A stretch of DNA of 64,000 nt. Origin: Saccostrea cucullata (Eukaryota). The notes under the pieces were generated by a model, which was not told where the DNA came from, did not search any database, and saw only the letters and a list, made by a program, of their open reading frames with translations. Each line of letters opens with the position of its first letter. Position 1 is the stretch's first letter. The stretch spans positions 248,001 to 312,000 of the forward strand of contig NW_026929684.1 of NCBI RefSeq assembly GCF_032062105.1, read 5' to 3'. This document shows positions 56,701-64,000 of this stretch, in pieces. Made by a program: the position numbers and the translations under genes.

Positions 56701-59210
56701 CCGCGTGTCTTATAACTCCTGAGACATCTTCACCATTTACTTCGTTAATCTCGGATCTCGGATCACGTCCGTGGCGGAAAAAATCGCACGCAGGCAAAAA
56801 AAGTTAATGATGCAAGCATATCTGAGCTTGTCGACAGAATCGATGGCCGAATTGACCAGCGATCGTCAGATTTTCACAAGCAGTGGCAAGTGATAATTTG
56901 GTAAAAATGAATTCCCCGCGATTTATAAGTAATCAGGCCGACAGCGGCTAGTGCTGCTGGTTGAAATTTTACGTCCATATTTGCTACACTATAAACCCAG
57001 GTAAATTGTCCGAGTGGTTGCGGGTGATAAATTTCTCGGTATAAATTTTGATTGATGTCTCCCTACAGAAGCTGCGGAAATTCACGAACAATATTAAAAG
57101 TGCTATATCCTGACCAGCAAATGTGGCTCATTTTCCCTGACAGGCTCTCGTGACGAGTAAAATGTCTCTGGAAACATGGTTAAATTACGATACATGAACG
57201 CGGAGAGAGAGGAGAAAAAGTATATTGGATTTCCTTGAGAGCAAAGACTGATGGATAACCCAAGACAAGTCTCGCTCTGTTGAAATAGATACAGTTTTTG
57301 TCCTTCTTCTTTCAGTTTCTCTATAAAATTGCACGATTTTCACGTGATTCTTCTTAACAAACCAGCCACTGCACATATTGACTGTTTTATTACAAGACAA
57401 AAACTCTAGGCACCTTAATGCATTGTGCATTAGCTTTACAGTATTTAATGAGTTTAAGAGTAATTATGATATCAGATATGGCAGTGATTGAATACACAAA
57501 ATTCAACTGATAAACTCAATGCAAAGATTCGTAAATCCACCAACGAAACAAAATCTATTGATTTTGGTTCCATCATGAAAAAAGTTTTCAGCCTTCATTA
57601 ATTGCATGCAGGCAGTGTTCCCCGATTTCTAATTGTTTCAGCCACAATCAGCTGAATTTTGTCTTATTCCAGTGTGATGAAGTGTGTTTTACTGAATTCT
57701 TTCTCCATATTGATTTTCCCATATATCCCCAACTTGTAATTGGGTGTAATAAAATTTGTCTGGGTATACTCAATAAGCACACATAAATAAAACATATACT
57801 TATTGCATATCCCATAACAATTTATTGAGAGAGGGGCACAGAGTCACGGAACTGATAAATAAATTTAATAAAAAAAAAAGTAAAATCAATGGAAAGCTGA
57901 CAGAGAGCAAATTGGTTTCCTTTCTTAAAACGGGTTTCAGGCCAGACTTTGGCTTAGTTTGGATACAAAAGTCCCTCATAAAGCATGCTCTCTGATGTTT
58001 GTTTGGGAGGCTGTGTGCTACATATTTCAGAAACATTTGTTTGATCAAAGATTCATGTTCTATCTGCATGTGTATATACCATAATCAAGATCAGTTCTAA
58101 AGATGTTTTCTATAATAAGATTCATCCCTAAACTTTTTTTTCCTCCTCAAATATTGATCATTATCACATTTTGGGGGCCATTTGTATTTTTAATTTTTTT
58201 TTTTCTATTTCCAGATCAAAACTGAAAGAAATGATCTGTGAATTAACATTTCAATAACTGCAAGATTTTTCAAAAATTCCAGACTTGCACAGATTTAGAA
58301 TTTTATCAGATCTCTATTACATGAAATTACACAACTTTACAAGCAATTGATCACTGATCACCCTCGCTAACATTTACCAATGATGTTTAATGATTAACAT
58401 AAAATCTAACATTATCCCCTTGCCACAGTAGCTGTCAAACATTCTGTACCTGTTCGGCTAAACGTAACAGACGTGACATATCAGAAACAAACGAGACTTT
58501 AAATCCAGCACAGGTAACGAGGTGCGAATTGACAGGTAGACAATAATTAAGGTGTTTTGTAGCCCTAATGGACCCGTAAGATTGCCCATGATTAGGCTGT
58601 CAAACAGGTGTAGTTGTCAATGGATGTTTGTTGTTCGGTCTGTCAATAACTACTCGAGGGGATTCCTGATCCAATGTCAAGTATATATATACAAATGCTC
58701 CATAACGGACTATCACCATACAACTTATCAGAGGCTATTTTTCATTACTTATTGAAATCGACTGCTCTCTAATTAATTAGAAATAAATTTCAAGGGAGGG
58801 GAAATTGAATTAAACAGCAAAATTTTAATGATTTACTGAGTCAAACATGACTCTCTTGGGTAGCTTGTAAGCATTATAATCTTGAAATTAAGTGTAACAT
58901 ATTTCAAGAAAAAGAAATTATTTTTTATCCTCATCAATCTCCGCCAATGGCTGGATTGAAATACAGAAACTAATTACTAATGTAGATATTTTCAAGGATT
59001 TTAAGTAGACTCACCTTATTGGGGGTACGACGGTAATTAAAATGAAAGAGAAACCTCTGCATTCTGATGTTCCAGAAACCTGATGAATTATTAACCAATT
59101 AAAACCTGTGGACATGAAAAATTTATGTAAAAATTCCTACCTTGTGCAAAGTAACTGAGCCAGCACCATAGTAGAGTAAAATCCCAGATAAAATGTTGGC
59201 TTCGCTTCAT
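20616..59210 (-). CDS. Neuroglian/L1CAM-family Ig-FN3 adhesion protein, whole gene model (SP + 1 Ig + 4 FN3 + GPI-like tail; 9 coding exons, 1764 nt, 587 aa)
   Basis: Exons 59141-59210, 28354-28659, 26347-26729, 24490-24721, 24018-24148, 23618-23828, 23060-23182, 22405-22578 and 20616-20749 join in one frame with GT-AG borders and matching phases. Motifs such as TWDPMPRMQHNAPSFGYRVSWRK, GHSGEG, RGKFRGYK and WDPPDEPNG resemble the neuroglian/L1 FN3 repeats as I recall them. The first exon is the least certain. Confidence 0.85.
21900..22422. repeat. Degenerate tandem repeat (38-58 bp units) built from the exon/donor junction of the FN3-4 exon
   Basis: About 9-10 copies of (ttt)ggttaacac(c/t)tgaacctgaacacctgta(t), with the first unit overlapping the exon end at 22405. 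Confidence 0.85.
22405..22578 (-). CDS. L1-like gene: FN3-4 C-terminal exon
   Basis: LNGEVEGDIRALEPRINNPSHTSARITGLQANHQYRFFVWARTSSGRGDKRGVQVLTK. Acceptor ttatttcag, donor AAAG|gtaaga (phase 1). Confidence 0.93.
23060..23182 (-). CDS. L1-like gene: FN3-4 N-terminal exon
   Basis: VPGPVRNLQKDEVQSDHVVLTWDPPDEPNGFLLGYDLGYQK. Acceptor gttttcag, donor C|gtaagg. Confidence 0.93.
23618..23828 (-). CDS. L1-like gene: FN3-3 C-terminal exon
   Basis: LQYWKSSEG...LPANTAFRAQVLVMNGHHTGPPSDTIDFKTSEG. Acceptor ttttgctatag, donor G|gtcagt. Confidence 0.93.
24018..24148 (-). CDS. L1-like gene: FN3-3 N-terminal exon (not in ORF track)
   Basis: DPLIKPRDFRVDPTKDPRPHEAHFIWESVDPLDDRLRGKFRGYK. Acceptor cctttgcag, donor AAG|gtataa; phases 1 and 0 fit both neighbours. 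Confidence 0.92.
24490..24721 (-). CDS. L1-like gene: FN3-2 exon
   Basis: PMPRMQHNAPSFGYRVSWRKRG...YDVQVQAINSHG...GHSGEG. Acceptor tatttccag, donor G|gtaagt (phase 1). Confidence 0.95.
24849..25079. mobile_element. Degenerate TA-flanked MITE (CTGTA...TACAG)
   Basis: ta|ctgtaagtc...aatctacag|ta termini, with internal aaattcacg/cgaaattaaa motifs like the 34305 element. Confidence 0.5.
26347..26729 (-). CDS. L1-like gene: FN3-1 and start of FN3-2
   Basis: GTPEPPQDVEISSCGPKRVELIW...LSPWGWYSFRVMAKNSLGYSEPS...CNTPPERP. Acceptor ttcttatttag, donor GAT|gtaagt (phase 0). Confidence 0.95.
27527..27870 (-). mobile_element. Truncated HINE/Helentron end
   Basis: aagcaagaggcataaggaccttgacagtcacctgag has the same palindrome plus subTIR layout as the element at 42887. 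Confidence 0.45.
27878..28051. mobile_element. Small TA-TSD MITE (CAGTAAAACTC TIR)
   Basis: ta|cactaaaactc ... gagttttactg|ta. Confidence 0.55.
28354..28659 (-). CDS. L1-like gene: Ig (I-set) domain exon
   Basis: VSFTCSI...IRWKHNG...LVLREADYGDAGQYTCIA is the canonical C-W-DxGxYxC Ig pattern. Acceptor tttttacag, donor AAAG|gtaaat, phase 1-1. Confidence 0.95.
29430..29605. mobile_element. Small CAGT-type mariner-like MITE (~175 bp)
   Basis: ta|cagttaaactttgatatctc ... gaggttcaattg|ta; reverse-orientation relative of 32087-32261. Confidence 0.65.
32087..32261. mobile_element. Small CAGT-type mariner-like MITE (best preserved copy)
   Basis: ta|cagtcaaacttcgttatcttgaac ... gttcgagacaccaaagttcaactg|ta. 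Confidence 0.8.
34305..34861. mobile_element. TA-TSD MITE nested inside a CAGT-type MITE (host 34261-35000)
   Basis: TIRs ctgtagacgtacttttttccacg / cgcggaaaaaagtacttctacag; the flanks rejoin to a CAGT-family element. Confidence 0.8.
35144..36213. mobile_element. Tc1/mariner-like non-autonomous element with TIRs related to 10611-11667
   Basis: ta|cgaggggttatcaaaaagttcgtggact ... agtccacaaactttttgatgatccctcg|ta. Confidence 0.85.
39868..40991. mobile_element. piggyBac-like non-autonomous element
   Basis: ttaa|cccttgtcctgcc ... ggcaggacaaggg|ttaa; sits inside a small TA-flanked MITE (39746-41052). Confidence 0.88.
42325..42480 (+). mobile_element. Retroposon 3'-end repeat (family A)
   Basis: gtgtgacaagttgacagggtatgctaactcctccatggcacctgatccca. 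Confidence 0.7.
42887..44039 (-). mobile_element. HINE (non-autonomous Helentron) carrying a satellite core, nested in the 42482 element
   Basis: SubTIRs agctctactggt (42911) / accagtagagct (44022), palindrome agtctc-tgtc-gagact, terminal hairpin, (GACA/GACG)n microsatellite at 43941-43990 and an A-run flank. Confidence 0.85.
42962..43930. repeat. Tandem array, ~156-bp unit, about 6.2 copies
   Basis: atcagacca recurs at 42962, 43118, 43274, 43428, 43583, 43739 and 43895. Confidence 0.95.
47113..47300 (-). mobile_element. tRNA-SINE, internally deleted copy
   Basis: Reverse-complement match to 270-549 (gattcgaaccc B-box, gcactcagg.c.attga.cag), with the middle missing. Confidence 0.65.
48380..49127. 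mobile_element. hAT-like MITE with 5-bp TSD
   Basis: gaata|cagggctctca ... tgagagccctg|gaata; subterminal aacggcccc and ttcccaa repeats. Confidence 0.8.
49219..49390 (+). mobile_element. Retroposon 3'-end repeat (family A) inserted in a CAGT-type MITE (49131-49483)
   Basis: gagcacacggcgggtgtgacaggtcggcaggggatgctcactcctccatggcacctcatccc; the flanks match the CAGT MITE. Confidence 0.75.
52000..53171. mobile_element. hAT-like MITE with 6-bp TSD
   Basis: catata|cagggttcgaca ... tgtcgaaccctg|catata; subterminal tagtccg/cggacta repeats. Confidence 0.82.
52344..52934. mobile_element. Academ-H-like MITE nested in the 52000 element
   Basis: ~66-bp TIRs tagtctcgttcaaccagac... / ...gtctggttgaacgagacta; perfect 9-bp TSD taaaattaa. 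Confidence 0.88.
54296..55732. mobile_element. Harbinger-like MITE (GGCC termini, 3-bp TSD TGG), interrupted by a nested element
   Basis: ggccaaaataaaattattgtttgtttggaattgcc / ggcaattccaaacaaacaattttttacggatggcc. Confidence 0.75.
54353..55404. mobile_element. TGT...ACA-terminated non-autonomous element with 6-bp TSD (Ginger/integrase-type termini)
   Basis: tacccc|tgtggcaacgcactttg ... caaagtgcgttgtaaca|tacccc; about 11 subterminal aacgcactttg/caaagtgcgtt motifs. Confidence 0.75.
58431..58680. promoter_or_regulatory. Candidate intronic enhancer: TGACA(G) TALE-homeodomain site cluster
   Basis: Seven TGACA/TGTCA motifs in 250 bp, four of them full TGACAG; GCTGTCAAAC occurs twice. Confidence 0.35.
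59141..59210 (-). CDS. L1-like gene: putative first coding exon, signal peptide MKRSQHFIWDFTLLWCWLSYFAQ(G)
   Basis: Acceptor tttgtcttgcag upstream (exon starts 59308) and donor CAAG|gtagga in phase 1. Basic N-terminus plus hydrophobic core; splicing to the Ig exon gives A-Q-G|DQIKF, a signal-peptidase-like site. Confidence 0.6.
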
Positions 59211-60584
59211 GATTTAAATTCATTTAATGCTGACTGCTTGTCCAGCGAGTCCATATCTCACAAAATGTCCTGTCCTCATATCTTCTTCACACACACGTTA
59301 TATTCCACCTGCAAGACAAATAATCAAGTTTGTAAGTCTTGTCTCTGTAGATCTTAAAGGTTTATAAAGTACACTCAACACATAATATCCCAAAATATAC
59401 TCTCAAATTACAGTATCATATGGCCACTAAGAGACACTGTATTCTAAGAATCAACTTAAACATTAAACCACACCAGGACTGCTACAACATCACAAAATCA
59501 AGTTTTCAACAAAGACTTAAATTCACTCCAATATACAGAATAAAGCTCTGTGATGCAACAGAGTATGCACAGATATACCTCCAAGGTTGGAAGAGGATGG
59601 TTGTTATAGAATAATGGTAAATCTCTATTCCTGCAAATGACAGTCAATTTACAAAGAAGAGATTAACTAAATCTCGCCAGCTCTAGGCAGACTATTGGAG
59701 CTGCCTACCGATGCCTGCAGGCCGTCAACAGACAATGGACACTACACATGGAAAGCCAGGGACAATGTGATTGTGTCCCAGCAATCAATGGAGACCTTTG
59801 GCTCTGTCGCAGAGACCACGGTCTCATAAAAAAAAAAAATACGGAGGATTTATGTTTCCAGGATCTGGAACTCATCCTTTATTTACTTTGGAATCTAGCT
59901 TAATACCTTCATATACAGAATAAAACATTTTAGTATTATATATATAAAATTCCTTCACATTAAACAATGGCTACCTTAGGGTATACTTTTCTGGGTCAAT
60001 AGAGTTTACTGAATGGCAAATTATTGCAGTAAAAATGACCTTTTAAAACATAAATCAGAAAAAGATTTACAATATTAAATAGACTGGCTATATACAAAGT
60101 TTAACTGCTTTTTTTCAATCAGTACACATAACTGAATTCTGTTTAAATGAATACTGAGACACCTTTAAAAGGATTTGTACCTAAAATTACTTAGATCAAC
60201 CTGTACATATTACAATCCTAATGTTCTCCTAGCTGTTTGAAATTCTAAAAATTTGGGGCATTAAAAATTAAATGAGTAAGGATTTTACAGATCATAAATC
60301 AGCTGGCTATTATATGGGTTTAATTTAGAACTTGAGGGCAATCTCATCCATTATCTTTGATACGGATATTAAATGCATAAATTTCCACCCCTATTGAACA
60401 CCTGCTCTATCACATTTCTGATCTTATTCAAATTGTTCTTATAATTTCCAGCTATAATTAAATTTATCGTAGATAAACTATAATTCCATATGAATAACTA
60501 TTTTGCCCTTCTTTTTCCTCGATGCAAATATTATTGAATTATTAAGACTTTTTAAAATTCATTTTATATTATTGTTTCTTATTA

Positions 60585-60716
60585 CAGTTACTAATTAAAA
60601 TTACAAAATAGGAGCAGAGCAAACACGGACCTCCAAAACATCAGAGGTTGGATCAGGTGCCATGGAGGAGTGAGCATACCCTGTCAACAGGTCTGACACC
60701 TGATGTGTGCTCCTTG
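60585..60716 (-). mobile_element. Retroposon 3'-end repeat (family A)
   Basis: ggagcagagcaaacacggacctccaaaacatcagaggttggatcaggtgccatggaggagtgagcataccctgtc. Confidence 0.75.
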
Positions 60717-63700
60717 TAATTGTAATCACACATCTTATAACTGAGCTTCAAAACAAAGTATTTATTAATAAATTTAACATAAATTAATCCTTATAAAACC
60801 ATTTTAAAAGTAACTTTTCAAAATATATGCATGTTCACATATAAATTTAAGAGTACTCACTCTTTGATAAGTTTTTATATATGGCTGTAAAGAGATCAAA
60901 TCATATCATATAACTCCTTCAAGAGTGTCAGTTGTTTCAAAACCAATGTTTCCAAAAACAAGATAATTCTCAAGTAAAAAACAGCAATTTACCAAAAGAG
61001 AGAGCTAATATTCCATTATTACAGTCACAATCAACCACTGCTATGATGCGCATTCCCTGTCTCTCAAATCATTGTCGGAAGATTGCGTCAAGAGCAAAAA
61101 CGTGTCTCTCAGAAAGGACATTGCATGGAAAGTGGAGCTACAACATCGGATCTTCTCATTAACAACCTTAATCCATAAAATAACACTGCAGGACTCGAAA
61201 AAAAATCTATCACAAATTCCTTCATAAAAACTTGATGCTACAAATTTTAGATGAGCATCAAAATGTGATTTTCACTCGCAAGTCTACTTCACAGCAATTA
61301 AGTAAAATGAGTAATGCATTATACACCCTTTTTTAAAGATTAATTTAGTTCCTTCTATGATGTAAATCTCTAACTTCACTAAGTAATAATGGAACAGTTA
61401 TTCTGCTACAGTTTATATTAATTGTCACAGTAAAATTCGATGAAGAAAATTTTATAAGGAAAAAAAATAACACTAACGCAATCCCTGGTTTATTAATCGG
61501 TAGGAAATGTCACACAACTGAATACAGCCTGGAATGTTATATTTCAATTTCAGCCGAGTATTGTCAATTTCCGAACAGCAGAAGCGAAATCGTAAGTCAG
61601 ATGGGGACAGAATAAAAGATCTTTCTTTGGTACGATCGTGAAAGACAATTCCCTGGGTCTGTGTCACACACAATGAGTCACTGGTGAGGCTGACACAGTC
61701 AGAGAGAGCCTTAATGAATAAATTCACAAATTACTCCAAGACTACTCTACAAGCCAGACTTTAAAAACATGGAAACTCTTACACAATGTGGGTCGTGGGA
61801 AAGTTAACTCTGAAATCTGTAGATCTGAATCTTTTTTTAAAAGCTACAATTTACCTGATAACATTGATTTTATTCGAGATAACTTTGTTACGGAATTATA
61901 AGATCAAAACCTCCGATGTTAAAATCACTGAAGTAAAAAATTTGATAATTAACATTTATAACACAAATGACATTTCCAGTCGGCAAAATTGAAAACGAAA
62001 ACTTCACTCAAATTGTTATTAGCACTCTTAACTCATTAAAAAGTTTTTTGCATGTAGTTTGGAAATTATGTTACAGAATCATGAAATAATTTTAAATATT
62101 CTTTTTATAGATGCATGACAAAGATAATTAATTACACCCTAACTATTTCAGTAATATAGTAAGCTTGATAAATACACCTCAGTGAATCATTACTGTGTAT
62201 TCATTTTATGTCTATATGATATCTTTTTCATAAAGAATATCAAAATCATCTCATACATGTAAAACATATACACATATGTACAGAAAAAGCATCTTCAAAA
62301 TAATTCATATAATTACAGTTTAACATGAAAAACATCTTAAAACTGTTTTTCACCTTGCATGCATCTGATTGTCATCATGTATTCTCTTTCTGCAAGTGTA
62401 TCACATAAAAGAATATACAATTTCATACATTTTATTACATTTTATTTCTATACCATTATTAAAACTTATAATTGCATGGATCAGGACATGCTGTATGTGT
62501 ACTTTAAAAATGTTTAACCCCTCCTTTAAATCCCCTAGTAATTAATACATTACATCATTCATTCCATTAAGTACCTGTACCATTACAAAAGAAATGAAAA
62601 AAAATTTTGATGATAGATATGCTTTGAATTATTTTTTTAAAATAGCAGTCAGTCAATGCCCAAGGTAATTTGATCGGTAAAGGGACTAAATTCTTTATCA
62701 TCAAAATGCTACCACCTCATTATTAATTATTTCTCCAGCGCCCAAAAGCTTGGACAATCGGTTCTGCCAGGCTTTCCTATGTGTATAGAAAAACTGATTA
62801 ATTTGCTTAAATCAAATTCAATTTTTAGATTTTTTTTAATTCCTCTTCCCTTTCTTTATTAAACCTTGGCTATGTGATAATGTTAATTTTTTATATTGCA
62901 TTTAATTTTTTATATCTTATTATTAACTGATATTAAGCCATACAATTTACATTAATGCACTCAGTGATCAAATATTGCAAATGAATGTGCTGCAGTTCTT
63001 ATTAGGGCAATGTAAAAATACCCTATGGTTACCACAAGAGACAGATTACTCTAATGACTTTTGTTTGTCTTAATTCTGTCTGTATATGGATCTGATAATT
63101 AGGCAAATATCATTATTTGCCAAATAAATTACCATGTTTAAACATACGAATATTTGCTAAAAAACAAAGTGTAACATTAAAAAAATCTATAAATATTCGT
63201 GGTCAGCATGTATTTTGTCTGATAGATTTTTTTTTTCGCTCTGACTTGTACCTTCTGACTTTCATTAACTATTCACCACAAATAATAGCTTCTCCGTTAA
63301 TTTCCTGCGATAAAAAAAATCAGGGGTGTACTTAAAGAGATTAAGTCCTTATATCTAAATCTGATATACCCTCCTCCTCCCAATGCCATGCCAATTCCTC
63401 ATGTATTGATGATTTAGCTGTGGCATATTAACATGGTACAAGAGAACAAGTACATTACAAGGATAAACTCTGCTATATTCATTGAGTATGCAGGGTATTT
63501 ATACAATATATATGATACATTTAGTAGACTAATGACTGCATGTTCTGATTTAAGCAAATTTACCTCATTGTTATAAAAAAAATTGCCTAGAATTGTAAAA
63601 TTTTATTGATTTCATTCGACTGCAAAATAACAGGTCATGAAATATTAAAGGTTTATATCAGAAACAAGAAGCTTCCAGGGTTTCATTTTACGGGAGGTTA

Positions 63701-64000
63701 GAGCCTCGGAGCCGAGATTCTAATAACATGATCATCAGCTTAATTATTACTCAATTAATTCTGTGTTGGTGATGATTGATTGTAAGTTATTAACCTCTTA
63801 ATATATTAAGCTAAATACAATATACAGCTGTTAGAAGTCTTACCGGTACTTTGTAAAGAGATGTATTTCAGAACATATAGCTCCCTCTGATCAAAGCATA
63901 GAAAATCACACACCATACTCCACAGAAAACTTTTAACCAACTGTATCTCCATTATAAATTTGTATCTATATACATCCTGTAAACATTATAAATTAATGGG

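Noticed and set aside
28700-59000. Missing Ig1-Ig5 exons of a canonical L1 protein
   Set aside because: No C-W-C or DxGxYxC Ig signature in any listed ORF or in the GC-richer blocks I translated. Very small exons could have been missed.

Overview
AT-rich eukaryotic (animal) genomic DNA. The repeat complement (Helentron/HINE with satellite core, tRNA-SINE, many MITE families) points to a bivalve mollusc, probably an oyster; this is an inference. Two spliced genes were reconstructed by hand with phase-consistent GT-AG junctions. (1) Minus strand, about 20616-59210: a neuroglian/L1CAM-family adhesion molecule with an unusual minimal layout of signal peptide, one Ig, four FN3 and a hydrophobic GPI-type C-terminal signal (587 aa). 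It shows no FN3-5, transmembrane segment or FIGQY tail, has a ~30.5 kb intron after the signal-peptide exon, and has a candidate second terminal exon at 18263-18414. (2) Plus strand, 5747-9254: a six-exon, 200-aa orphan type I membrane protein with an 8-Cys ectodomain, which the ORF track shows only as fragments. The rest is intronic or intergenic and dense in non-autonomous DNA transposons (mariner-, hAT-, piggyBac-, Kolobok-, Harbinger-, Academ- and Ginger-like), often nested, plus retroposon fragments, long palindromes and repeat-free blocks that may be enhancers. No autonomous transposase or RT ORF, RNA gene or CRISPR array is supported. Coordinates were counted by hand.
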